Shown: positions 34,760 to 47,800 of the stretch, in pieces
Layout of the letters: each line of letters begins with the position of its first letter
How positions within the stretch are numbered: position 1 is the stretch's first letter
Assembly (NCBI GenBank): GCA_008632985.1
Contig: QPGO01000061.1
Coordinates: 310,001 to 374,000 of the forward strand
Length of the DNA stretch: 64,000 bases
Direction of reading: 5' to 3'
Source of the DNA: Psammoneis japonica
Lineage: Eukaryota
Program-made: the position numbers and the translations under genes
The notes under the pieces: generated by a model
Databases searched by the model: none
Told to the model about the DNA's origin: nothing
The model's input: only the letters and a program-made list of their open reading frames with translations

Positions 34760-36944
34760 CCGGCCGCAATGTCACAATTGTCGGAGACAAGAGTTGTGTT
34801 GAGAAGTCTCCTGTTCTGACTTTGTCAATACCATCATTGGAGACAAGAGTTGCATTGGGGAGAATGGCTGCTCTGGACTGGCCGATGTCTCCATTGGAGA
34901 TGAGAGTTGCAATGACGGGGAGTATTCTGAGACCACCTGTTCTGAATTGTCTAGTGCTACTATCGGAGACAAGAGTTGTGATTTTATATTTGCCTGCGAT
35001 GGCCTGGTCAATACTACGATTAAAGACGGGAGCTGCAATTTCTTCTTTCTTGCAACTCTCAAAGGGATTCAGTGGTCAACAGTGGTTCTTGTAACGGACA
35101 AAGCTCTTGCGAGAACAAGTGGGGTCCGTGGTGGAGAGCGAGTCGTGCACTGAAGACCATGCCTGTGGTTTTCTGGATCATTCAACCATTCAAGAAAAGA
35201 GTTGCAACTCGGGCTTAGCTTGTGACGGACTTGTAGACTCAGTTGTTAAGCGTGGTCATGTAATGGTGACGGGGCATGCAAAGGACTGGTGAGGCGACGA
35301 TTCAAGACAACAGCTGCAACTGCGATGGGTGTTGCAGGTTTTGCTCTCATACCATCGTTCCCAAGAATCGTTGCAATGGGATAAGTGGCAGATGCAAATT
35401 GTGCCCGGCAAGTGCCATTGCCGATAGTAGCTGCAAATGGGAAGGAGCCTGCATAAAATTAACTGCTGACGTTGAGATTGGAGAAGACAGCTGCACTTCC
35501 CATGAATCCTGTTCAAGGCTCGAGGCTACCACGATCGGTGAGTACAGCTGCAGGGACTCTTACTCGTGCGTATCACTTAGGGATACCGATATATTGGACC
35601 AAAGCTGCAATCAAGGTCATCGCACTTGCGAAAACATGGTTGACTCGGTGGTTCGCAATCGAAGTTGCAATAATCAAGTAGCTTGTTGGCAAGTTACTAG
35701 CAGCACAATTGAAGACAGAAGCTGCAGTTGGGGCAGTCAGGCTTGTCAGAATCTTGACAATGCCAACATTAGAGGTGAGAGCTGCAATGGCGAACGTGCT
35801 TGCCAGGTGGTAAGTGACACCACAGTTGACGGAGGGAGCTGCAGGCGGTCGGAAGTTGCAGGCGGCTAGACAAGGCTACTATTAAAGATCAAAGCTGCAA
35901 TGGGATGGGCGCTTGCGGACGGATTGAAGACACAATTGTGGAAGGCTCTTCATGCAAGGGTCACAACGCCTGCCATCAACAAAGATATTCCGTCATCAAG
36001 ACCCGGAGCTGCGGGAACTCGGATAGTTGCAGACAGCTGGACAATACTACCATTAAAGATCAAAGCTGCAATGGGATGGGTGCTTGCGAATATCTTGTTA
36101 AGACATCGGTGGAAGGCTCGGCATGCAAGGGTCACAATGCCTGCCATGATGTAAGAGACTCCATCGTCAAGCAAGGGTCGTGCAACGGAAAAGATTCATG
36201 TGCCTTTCTTTTCGACACTACGGTTGAACGAGGCAGCTGCAACTGCGACGGCTGTTGTAGGTTCTGCTCTGATGCTTTCATACCGAAAAATCAGTGCAAT
36301 GACATTAGCAAGCCATGTGAGTTCTGTGCAAAGAATATCGGGACCGGAAGCTGCGATGGGTGGAGATACTTCCACGTACAACAAATACACAGCTTGCGTT
36401 CGAACACGAGATGCCAAGATTGGGAATGGCTCGTGCAATGGCGAAAGTGCATGTTCAGAGCTGATCAATCCTTCTATAGGAGACAACAGTTGCAACGCTT
36501 ACTTTGCTTGTTATGGGCATCGGGGTTCCCTGGAAGTCTTGCGACGAAACCCCACGCGGCTGTATAGGACTCGTCAACACCACCATTAAACACAACAGCT
36601 GCAATGGAAACAAAGCATGTCGTGTTCAACAGACGTCGTTGGTTCAGAATGGTTCTTGCAACAGAAGCGCTGCATGCTCTCTGCTTGTCAATACTACGAT
36701 CAAAAAGGAAAGCTGCAACGGATTGTACGCATGCAAGGGTCAAAAAGACTCCATCGTGAATAATGGGTCTTGCAACGGTAGCCGCGCTTGTCCGGGTTTG
36801 GTTGGTGCCAGGATTGGTCCCAAGAGCTGCAACTGCCCAGGCTGCTGCAAGAGCTGCTCCCACAAAACAGTGCCTCCTAACCAGTGCAATGCCGCCGATG
36901 GTGCTGGTCTGGTGGATGGTACCTGCAGGTTCTGCAAGAAGTAA
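34760..36944 (+). pseudogene. Cys-rich ~17-aa repeat (xIxxxSCNGxxAC) protein, multiply frameshifted
   Basis: The repeat recurs across ORFs 35276, 35905 and 36504; a cap motif SCNCxGCCxxC...VPxNxCN occurs three times. Confidence 0.7.
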
Positions 36945-37849
36945 GCACGGCTGAAGATAGTTCTCTGCATGTGCTTCATAATAATAGTAGATGGTGTTTG
37001 TGGATATTGGCAGCAACCTCCAATGATGAGATTTCGATGTTCTTCATGGCGGAAGCTGCCCTGATGCCACAGGCATGGATTCACGGTGATTAAGTAGTAG
37101 GTTGATAAGTTTCATGTCCTTTGTCAACAAGCGCGTTCCTCCAGAAAATGGCGTAGAGTGACATTCAAGAGTACCACCAACAATAAGAAACCACCCTAAC
37201 CCGACCTCTACTCTAGTAGAGCTGCCGTGAAACGCTGACGCCAAGCACACGCGAGTGAGTACCTACGGTAGCTTCAGTGTGCAGCTATGTTCTACTAGCT
37301 AGAGCAGGCAGAACTTAGCTATTCTCTCTAGGGGGAGAGCAAAACGAAAGCCACTATCGACCGAATCAGTCGCAGTCAAATGCATTATCGGTGAAACTCA
37401 TGTTATGTATTATACACATGTAGTGATTTTTCTTGTGCGTGTTGCCGGCAGGAAGAATCAAAAGATTGTTGTAAAGGATCGTCAACGACTCTAGCATTTC
37501 CGTGCTTTTCGCCTACGCAACCGCGTTTCCAGCATTCTCAAGGAGTGAAAAGGGGTATTTGTCCATGGTGATCCCTCTATATTGTTCCGCTTTGTAACGC
37601 CAATGCATTTTGTTTGTTAGTTATCAAGACCCGCTGCTTCATCACGAACAACGGGAAGTTCTCGGGACGATTTTATCTCTCGTGCCAAAAATCTTGGAGG
37701 TACCTCTTTTTAGTGAATAGCACCTCCATGTATAAAATAAACCAGTCTCGTGTGTTTTGGTTCTTATTCCACATCAATCAACATGTTTTCGGTAGCCAAT
37801 GTTGACGAAAAGTCTTGTTCATCATCATCTCGTACAAAGATTGCATCCG

Positions 37850-39169
37850 TCAGCGCTCCATCCGACTCGACAGAGTCATGGCTCGATGACCACCAATATT
37901 GTTTTGAATACCTTGTTCGGAAATCAATACGGGTCTTGGTGGTTCTGGCGGTGGTGTGTCCTTGTCTGGAAAGGACGACGACGAGTCCGAGAAGGATGGA
38001 TCGTTCTTGTCCTTGGATGGATCTTGATCGTTTTCACCATCTTGCTCTTGAGCGTCGTCTTGTTCTTGACTCGTGACTTGTTGAGAATACATCAATACGT
38101 GTGGCTTGGTTTTGAGGAGTTGATAAATGGTATCCAAATCCGCGTCTTGGGCACTTGCGGCGGTCAAAAAGGGAAAGAGTCCATCGCGCAAATCCCGTGT
38201 ATCCACCGCTCGTGGTTCGGCTCGCACCAACGCCGCCATGGAACTGGCCAATCCAAATTGAGCCGCAATGTCAATCGGTAACCGTCCTTCCAAATCCACC
38301 ATGCGACCCGCATCGGGATCGGCGTGTGCCAAGAGTATAATGAGTTGCGCATTTCCAGAACAGGCCGCCAAGAGAAGTGGGTCTTGCCGTCCTCATTGCG
38401 AATGCGAGTCTGACCGGGACACTTGGTCAAAGCGTGCGACACGACGACGGGGGACACTGCAGTTCAACTACCGAATGAAGCACGGGTTGCTCTGGATGAA
38501 TCGAAGCCATAGCAACCACCAATATTTCCCACAGTTCGTCTCGCTCTTGTGTATTGCGTTCAAAGCGTTGCACAAGCCATGCAAAGGCGTAATACCACTC
38601 TTGTTGCGACTTAGAACAACTCGACGAGAATTACTGCTGCTCTCCTCCAAGAGCAATAATCGAATGGTAGATGGAGACACTGAATCGTTGTGACACGCAC
38701 AGTTGAGCGGCGTATTGCCATGAACATCACGACAGTTCACACTTTTTCGATGTGCCTGTATCAAGACTCGCGCTGTATCGGTATCCCGGACCATGTGCAA
38801 TGCCAATTGGCCTTGATGGCTTGTTTGTTTGACAGTTCCCGAACACATTCGGAGAATTTTTGTTGCAATTTCGGAATTATTACAAAAATGCAACACGTTG
38901 TGGCCATCACTGTCAAGTGAATAAAGAGCATCCTCGTGGGCATGTAGAAAAGCATCAAACACTTGTGTTGTTATACCATCCTTTTGTAGGGCCAGCATGA
39001 ACGGACTCGGTTCGACATTGTGACAGTACAGCGCTGCTTCTTCTGGAACACTATGCAAGCGAGCGTGTACCAAATTCCAAGGCACTTGTTCCAGTTCCAA
39101 GAGCTCCTTCAGAGAACGAGGATCCTCTTCTTGTTGTTGATGATGTATTATTGAAAAGAGACTTCCCAT
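37850..39169 (-). CDS. Ankyrin-repeat-like protein (frameshifted)
   Basis: DSDGHNVLH, GQLALH, DVHGNTPLNCAC, NKSGITPLH and DLEGRLPIDIA repeats; C-terminal FPFLTAA...DLDTIYQLLK. Confidence 0.7.
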
Positions 39170-39622
39170 GGTTGTTGTTGTTTTTGTGGAGCAACAGCAA
39201 CAGTAAGTAGAGACCATAACAATGAGTTGAAGTGTCTTTGGGGCAGATGAGAATGCGAGCACGCGGTTGAATGACGACACTCAACTACTGCACCCCTGAA
39301 CAGTTGATTGAACGTTGTAGACGTTAATTTTAACACCGATCAGGGGTGACTCAACTCGTCTCAGCGAACCGCGCGCGCGAGATTCTTCGGAGATTCTCGT
39401 TTTGTATAGGGTTCTCGTGATGCGAACTCGTTGGTCGACACGCGCGCGACACACGCGAATACGTCAGTTTTGTGCGATGGACAGACGCCCTGTGACGTGT
39501 TTCTGATCTGAATTTCCCGCCACATCTCTACGCAAGAATCCGTACAAGATTTACGTAGAAACCGAATGCAAATTTTCTCACACATCACGCATTCAAACAT
39601 TACAAATTGTGAACAATACACC

Positions 39623-40507
39623 ATGGCAATCATGAGATCACTGTTATTTTGCCTAACTTCTTTGAGCGCCGCCAGTGCGTTGGTAACAGTGCCACCACCA
39701 CCCGAAGCGGCGGTTAGTGTCAATGTGGACATTCGAAAAGCGTTCAATGAAATCAAGTCTCATCCGTCGGCCGTCAAGAATGGTATTACCAGTTACATTC
39801 AATCCGTTCAAACACTCAACGAGGACTTGGCCGAGGTGCTTCCACTCGATGCTGTGAGTCTGGAAAAACCACAAAATCTCCAAACGTTTGTTCGTAGTGC
39901 GCCAGTGGACAAGCACAAGTCAATGTCAATGGCGAACCTGTTTTAGTTAATGTGGAATCGACCAAGGGAACACTCGACATTACAGTGTCATCGAACCTAT
40001 TACCCAAAATCCCATTCATGGCTCCAGTCGTTGACTCCACACGAGTACAAGAAGAAACTGGTGTTGTTTCCATTAGTGAAGAAATTGCTGCTCCCACCAC
40101 AGACAACAACAAAAAATCCGTCCTTCGCATTGGTGACTACGATTTGACCTTGTACAATTGGAGAAGGACTCGTGGCCGCCGTGGTGGCTGCCTATGCGAC
40201 ATCGTTTGGATTTTATACGTACCAAAACGAACAAAGTGCGGCTAGCAAAAAGAAGAAAAAGGCTGCACCAAAAGTCGAAGAAAAGACTGCCGCACCGAAA
40301 GACGCCCCAAAAGTGGAAGCAAAGACTGAACCAAAAGAAGAACAGTCAGAACCACTCGTTACCGAAGCTACCGCGACGGATATTCCTACTAGGCTGGAAA
40401 AGGTAAAGAAAGAAGAAATACCCGAGGAACAAGATGATGAGGAAACGGGACGGGGACGAAGGCTCAAGCGTTGGATGGGACTCAAACGCGAGGAAGTCAC
40501 AAAGTAA
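39623..40507 (+). CDS. Unknown, probably plastid-targeted protein with one TM segment (frameshifted)
   Basis: Signal peptide ending in ASAL; coding-like sequence continues over three frames to 40507. Confidence 0.45.
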
Positions 40508-40579
40508 GACAATACATTCTAGCTACTACACATTATATTGTCATCGTCTCAGAAATATATACGGTACGACATCATGACG

Positions 40580-41521
40580 CTAATCGGTCTCTTGAATATA
40601 TGAGAAGTCTTCTTGAAGTGATCCATCCGAATCGAAACGTCGGCTTACCACGATTCTACCATTGCTTGACCCACGAATCACGTCCAACGTAGCGCCTGAA
40701 AAACCCACTGTTATGTTTCCGGGAAGCACTAAATTTTCCTTTTCGTCATGATCTTCATTCATACCATCCTCAGATGGCTCTTGCATGGAAGGAAAGGCAT
40801 CGTTTCGAATGTCGGTTCCAATGAGACGAGACACGGTGCGTCCGTCCAGTCCACCACCGTCTGCAATGGTACCCCTGCTACTCGTGGAGGAAGTTCTTCG
40901 TTCCAGCACCATAGTGATTGGATTCAAAATGTTCAAGCCTTTTTCTTGAAACTCTAAATCCATCATGATGCGCAATCGTTGTTCGTCTTTCAATCCAAAC
41001 GTAGTTTCGACTCGTTTTCTTTTGGGCTGTTTGTTATTAGAAGGCAAGTCGTACTCGAGAGCCACAACCTTATTGTCGCCGAAACCAGCAATGCGACTCA
41101 GTTCCGCACGTTCCACCGATTTGGTAGTTTCGAGATTATCCACCCCACAACCGACAGCTGGCAAAACCTTTACAGTTTGTCGTTCCAATACAAACGTTTC
41201 GCCTTTTTCGGAGAGTTGTTCCGAAGAAATCACTTCCAAATAGGATGGTACTTGACCCCATTCGACAAGATCTTTGGGTACCAAGTATTCTGGAATTGAT
41301 ATCAAAGAACCCGTGGAAGAATCAAAGGTGGCGGATAACCCAGCAAAATCACCGCCATATGTTGTGTCTTTGTGCGTCATGTCGTCGTAAGAAAGCTTTC
41401 GGTTAGGCAACGTGGCAAAGAGTGCTGGTCGTGCGAATAATCTCCTGGAAGTAGTTGAAAGAAAGGCCAACGTCGATCGAGGGAGCATCACCACGACGCT
41501 GATAGTATAGGAAAGCTTCAT
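40580..41521 (-). CDS. Unknown, probably plastid-targeted protein
   Basis: 313-aa intact ORF; leader ending TLAF followed by a transit-like segment. Confidence 0.7.
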   Translation of the reverse strand: MKLSYTISVVVMLPRSTLAFLSTTSRRLFARPALFATLPNRKLSYDDMTHKDTTYGGDFAGLSATFDSSTGSLISIPEYLVPKDLVEWGQVPSYLEVISSEQLSEKGETFVLERQTVKVLPAVGCGVDNLETTKSVERAELSRIAGFGDNKVVALEYDLPSNNKQPKRKRVETTFGLKDEQRLRIMMDLEFQEKGLNILNPITMVLERRTSSTSSRGTIADGGGLDGRTVSRLIGTDIRNDAFPSMQEPSEDGMNEDHDEKENLVLPGNITVGFSGATLDVIRGSSNGRIVVSRRFDSDGSLQEDFSYIQETD

Positions 41522-42135
41522 GAGTGTGTCAATTATGGAAATGGTTGTTTCTTTACGCCATGGCCTTCAACCTTGAACGATTCTCGAGAGATAAGAGGGA
41601 GAAACGAACAGATGAGATGAATGAGGTCGCGGAGTCGCGGAACCCGGACTATTCGTCCTTCCGTCAGCCGAAAGGAGTTGATCCGTGACTCTGTTGATCC
41701 GACCCAAGACCGCTTTTCGCAACCACAAAACATGTTGCGACGACCAACATGCCAACATTTTGGGGAAATAGCAACACACGACAATGAAGAAAAAACGCAA
41801 GAATGGCGTCGAATATTGAAACTTTGGCAAAGACAAAGATATGCACAATGATCAATTCTGTACGGTAAGAACTAGTAGCAGATAGATATACAAACAACCA
41901 GAGTATAGTGACGATTTACATCTTTCTTCTAATGTTATTATCTATCAAAATAAATTACTCCTATGCAGGCAAGAATGAAAGGATTTTCTCCTTTGGTGTA
42001 TTATACAAAGTGATCCACATGGCGTAGCAACCGCCATTAGATTCATGTGTAGGCCCGCCGGCACCCACCGACGAAGAAAATTCCCGTGACATTGTTGTGC
42101 AAAAGCAGTTTTGATCAGCCACGACTTGACACCCT

Positions 42136-42483
42136 TTATCGCCGAGTCTTTTCCAAGACTTTGGCAACACTACGGATACGGAGCTTGAGGGTCGATTGAT
42201 CCATGTACTGGTCTCTTGTGCGGGCAGCAAGGTAGAGAAGCTCTTCCATTTTCTTGGACATGACGGGGATCTTTTCCACCATTTCCGGTCGAGTAATCAT
42301 ACCGTGCATCACGTGACGGATGCACTTGACCATGCGACGACGATCACAAAGGTCGTTTCTTGGGTTTTGCCACTTGTCGGACGTGTCGGTAACAACCACT
42401 TGGCCATTCTGAACAAAGGAGGCACGTCGCTTCTTGACAACGTGGGTGGTGGGCTTTTCAAGTCTCGTGACGGTGGGGCACAT
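42136..42483 (-). CDS. Small KIX-domain (KIX_2/Med15-like) protein
   Basis: WQ...D..RRRMV..I...K.EELLY..A.T...YMD.STLK.R pattern. Confidence 0.7.
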   Translation of the reverse strand: MCPTVTRLEKPTTHVVKKRRASFVQNGQVVVTDTSDKWQNPRNDLCDRRRMVKCIRHVMHGMITRPEMVEKIPVMSKKMEELLYLAARTRDQYMDQSTLKLRIRSVAKVLEKTRR

Positions 42484-44876
42484 TTTGCTCTGGCGTTTTT
42501 TTACAAACTCGTGTGTGTGAAAGTTGTTTCAATTTGATTTTTGTGAGAGGAAGGGGGTGACTGAATGAAGTCTTGGCGAAGTCACGAGCTAACCGGATTC
42601 TCACCGCACAGAAAGATTTATCGTCGGCGCCAACATTTAATGGTCATTGGATTTCTGGTACAATGCTACGTAGACAGTACGGCGGCGCGGAATCGGATTT
42701 GCGCACGACTGACGCTCCCGGAGCCGTAGAATGATACCAGCTTCTACTGGAGCTGGTTGAGTCGTACTTTAGGCTCATTAGGGGGCGGAATCAGTGCGGG
42801 CAATCGTTTTTCCAGTCATTTTGCCAAATCATCTTGTTTCACATGTAGAGGAGACATTGGAAACAGTGTCAGTGTCGCTCTTCGTTGCATGACCGGCAGT
42901 ACAAGAATTGTGGATGCGGTTGTGCACAGCTGCAGTGAACGATATGCGACGTCTTTCACGCGTGTAGCTAGATAGAGTGCAAACGAGAAATCAGTCTTTT
43001 TCAATGACCTTTTCTAAACGGCCTGAGAAGGCACTGTTTAATATCTACTCTACTCTCTAGCTAGCTAGCTAGCAACTACAGGTGGCACCTTGCAGAGATG
43101 AAAATCATCATAGTCAATCCGTTCATTGCTCCCGGAACGAAATTCGAACAGAAGTAAACGTCACTCCTGGGCCTCTCGACAAGCTTTGCAGCAACTTGCC
43201 ATGTACACCCACGTCAGCAACTATAACACACTGCTGTAACGTGGCGATAAGCTTTCGAAAAGGAACAAAAAAGAACAAAACGAGGTCCCATCCACCTGTT
43301 TGCTTCGTGAACCAAGTTGGATTCTTCTTGATAAGTGGGCCTCAAAAGAACAACAAAGAATTCGCGTCGTGCTGTTCCCACCCAAAAGTCAGGGCGTCCA
43401 TCCTTGTTTCGGCAACTACAGTGGTAGCATAAATGTTTCACACTCGTCGGAGCTTCCGACGCGCAAGGCGGGTTGATTCGCTTACACGAAAAAACCTCCA
43501 GAAAGTGTCCTTCTCTCCTCCCTTTTGTATGAAATTTTGCTCCAGCAACATTTTTGCTAGCATACCGTGGTTAATAATTGCACATTCATCGCCCGAAACT
43601 CCCGACATGAGCCTCATAAACAAACGATAAAAAGGTGCTCTTGTGCGGCCATTTGACACAACTTGAGGTGCTTCGATTCGCTTCGTTGGAAAGCCTGGGC
43701 ATGTACGGGGACTACCGACGCGTTGAGCCGTGATCCCGGACACGAAAAGCCTCACCAACAAGTCTCTCTTCCAATCATGAAACAAAAGCCAAAAAATTGT
43801 ACCATTATCTACTGAATTCGTTTTCGCAGCGTACGAAACAAGAACTGGAGAATGTCGAAAACGGCATCGCTGCTGTCGCAACTCACAAACGCCAAGAGAG
43901 AGCGCTGTCACAGTATTCATTTCGCACTGAGCGACACCGAGACTCAGTCCTCAATCTTAAATGTCTGCTTTGATTGTGCATCTTTCACCCAAATGAAAGC
44001 ACAGCCATTCATGTGTATTGACCGCGATTTTGAAACGAAACCGAGTCTCAACCCACAGCTCACAGGAGCGTCTGGCGTCTGAAAACCAATTCTGATGTCA
44101 TGGAAATTTGCACTTCTCAGGAGCGGTTTGAAGGGGGCTACGCTTGTTTAGATCATCATGAGCTGCAAACCAATCTACCGTATGAATACCGGCAGCGACG
44201 GTAGAAGTAGTGTATCGGTAAGGATCCTGGAGGTGGTGCCGTACAGTACTGTTGCGGATTTGAGATATGATTGCTGTATTTTAGTTTGGCCATTTGGGCG
44301 CAGCTTGCGTCTTTTTCCGTTGATGTCGGCATATTCGTTTACAGAGGAATGGATTGAATTTTCGAAATATTTAGAGTCATTATTGAGATGCCAGCGACAA
44401 AAGGGGTTGTGCGTAGCACCTACAACAAGGATACCAGGAATGATGACCTTGAAGGCAATAATGTCTCTTCATAATGGTCATTTTTCACGATTACGTCATT
44501 ATTGATTATATCAGATCTTTAAGACATACATTTATTTGTGTCTCTGTTAAATGTTCAAATTTGTGACCGAGCAAAAAGTCACTGATTTTTGCCACGAGTG
44601 GAACTGTCGCCGGATTGAAGCTTGCAGACATTGCTTATTGTCAAATCATCTTCCAAATACCTCAACGTTATTGCCAACCACTTACAAGATGGAGTCTACA
44701 TCACAAGGAGAAATGGGGTGCAGTTGCGCAAAAGGTTGCTTATACCAGTCGAATGACGACTCCATGAGGAGTGCGACTGAAAGTCATTCGTGCGGTAGGA
44801 GAGCGTCGATCTTTTCAAACGACAACAATGATGGGTCTGCTAGCTGCAATGCCTTGAAGAGCGTAAACGCAAGGAT

Positions 44877-47800
44877 GTGTTGTCGTTTCAGTCATCAACG
44901 ACGGCAACACGACTCAAGAGTGCTTCAGTGGCATCCATCTTTTTGACGATTCTCTTGCTAGCACTCACAGCACCGCTTGCTGTTTCGGAACGGATTCGTG
45001 ACCCATCAACTCCTTGGCTCGTCACAGGCGGAGACGCCGTCATGGACGTTCCAAAGTCGGTCCGACAGTTTAGTGCTTCTCAAGAAGAGCTTGACAAGTG
45101 CTATTCTGCCCTGGCGAGGCGAGATCTCGATAATGATGATCGCATGAACAGACCCGAGTTTCTCCTCGTGACGGACGATTTGTCGAATGATTTCTTTTCG
45201 ACGCAGTCAACCTTTCGACAAATGCCTTCCGTGCTAAAGGCAACCTTTCTTCGGTTATATCTGAGTGGGATCTCGGATTCAAGAGAAATGTCTATCAATG
45301 TTTTTGGAGTAAAAGAGGGACAACAAGCATCTCCAGAACAAAAAGACTACTTGGACGGGTTGTGCAATAAAATTTTGGGTGCAATTCAAGAGGCGGCTGT
45401 GCAAACCTTGGCACCCACTGTATCATCTACGCCTGCTCCATCTACATCAGAAACCGAAGCGCCGACAGCAGAGCCAACCGTGGCGCCAACAGACGAACCA
45501 ACCACCGAATCTTCCCAGACGCAACCTCCCAATTTCAGGGGGTCACCACCACCCTCCAACTCACCGGCACCCACCGTCACTGCGTCTCCAACGATAACTG
45601 CATCGCCGACTCCTTCTCCCAATCAAGCATTAGCCACTGTTTCGCCAGCACCCACGATAACGCCTGAACCCACCTCGACTCCTTCACCTACGACAACGGC
45701 GGAAGCAGCGACACCTTCGCCCGTAGGAACGTCTGAACCAGGAGCCACTTCTTCACCCACCGTCACAGCGTCGCCCGCAGGACCGTCTGAACCAGGAGCC
45801 ACTTCTTCACCCACCGTCACAGCGTCGCCAACGTCTACGCCAAGACCAACCGTCACTGGGTCTCCAACGTTTACATCTAAACCAACTTCCACTTCTTCAC
45901 CCACCGTCACAGCGTCGCCAACATCTACGCCAAGACCAACCTTAACTGGGTCTCCAACGTTTACACCTAAACCAACTTCCATTCCTTCATCGACAGGCAC
46001 GACGTCGCCAACAAGTACTCCTAGCCCAACCCTTACGGCATCGCCAACCGCTACACCAAGGCCATCGCTACGAGGAACCTTTCCGCCCACGATAACGGCA
46101 GTTCCAACCATTACAGCGGCACCATCCTCGACACCCGTACCCACGTTGGCTCCCTCCCGAGTTGTAGATAGTAACTCCACTTCGTTTGGTCCCATCACTC
46201 CAGAATCCTGTAGTCAAGCATTGATTGATTCGGATAGTGACGAGAACAACTCGTTGAGTCGAGAAGAGTACGTAGCCTTTGTCAGGATTTTGTCGGGCGG
46301 CGCATTTACGGGAATGTCCTTTTCCGACTTGCCCCTCTTGTTAAAAGCGCTCTTTGTCGACTTGGCCAATGCAAGTGACAATGTGTTTGGACAAGTGTCT
46401 CAAGAAATTGATATTACCGGTGTACGCGATGATTCAAATGAGGCATCGTCAGAACAATTGGATTTCTTGTTGGAAGTTTGCACCGAAACAACCAACACAT
46501 ACAATACAGCCTCGACACCGCAAACGACGCAGGGAGGGTCTCCTCCGACATTGGCACCCACTGTGACTCTTGGTCCCACGATACAAGCGGAACCCAAGTC
46601 TGGTGGTGACGATGGATTGAGTGCGGGTGCTATTGCGGGTATCGTCTTGGCGTTTGTCTTTGGATACCTGATTGCCTTGTTGCTTTGTTTGTACTTTCGA
46701 GAGAAGCGACGCAAGAATCGAGAAGGAGAAGAAGAACCTGCGGTTGCCGCTGTTGCTGACATTGAAGAAGGCTCTGGAAGCGATAGTGGCAGCGAAATCG
46801 GTAGTGACAGTGACAGCAGCAGTAGTGCTAGCATCAGCAGTGACAGCGACAGCAGCAGCAGTGCAAGCATCAGCGATAGCAGCAGTAGTGCAAGCATTAC
46901 CAGTGACAGTGACGACGATTCAGCCCTACTATTGCCAGTTGTTGCTGGTGGCGTTGCTGCAGCGTCAGTTCCTTTGATTAGTGTCGGAGCACCGCGCATG
47001 AAAGATGTGTATTCAAAACCAATTGCTGTGGAAGGTAGCTACGAGCCTCCACAATTTCCAAAGACAGAAGAGGAGGAGAACTTCCTCGACGAAAGTATGT
47101 CGAGAAATGTAATGTTTACAAACCTGAGCGACGCGGAAAAGATGGCTCTCATTACCGCCTTTCAGAAGTTTGTGACATCCGAAGACTCGGAAATTATCCA
47201 ACAGGGGGAGACGCACGACTTTGTGTACTTATTGGAATCCGGCAGTGTCAGGATGGAAGTCAATGAAGACGAAGTCGGAGAGGCCAATAGCGGGGATATT
47301 CTGGGAGATCTCTCGTTTTTGCACAACTTGCCTTGTCCTACAAGTTATATTGCGGACGGAATGTGCGTGTTTTGGCGAATGGATCAAAAGACATTTAGAT
47401 CCATTGTCCAATCCGTAGATACGCGCGAAGACTACCAAAAGATTGAGCTTCTTCGGGGCGTGCCGTTTTTGGACGCCTTGGATGAAGGGGAGCTGGAGAA
47501 ACTGGCCAAAGTTCTTGTTCCGCGACCTTTTAACGAAGGAGATGATGTCGTTGAAGAAGACGGAGAGCAAGCGCTTTTCATCATCAGCGAAGGAACGGTT
47601 GTTTCAGAGGAATCCGGAGAGTCGTTGGGCCCCGGACAGTGGTTCGGAGAAGAAGCTCTCATGTCCGATGAAGCATACATTGAAGACGTGACTGCGTCAT
47701 CTGACGGGATGTGCTATTCTGTCGATAGGGACACATTTGACGAAACATTGGGACCTTTGATTCAATTGATATTAAAGGCAGAAGAAAAGCGCACTTTGGT

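Noticed and set aside
43040..43075. (CTAG)n tract; also (GA)n near 16490 and (CA)n near 17190
   Set aside because: Ordinary microsatellites with no associated structure.
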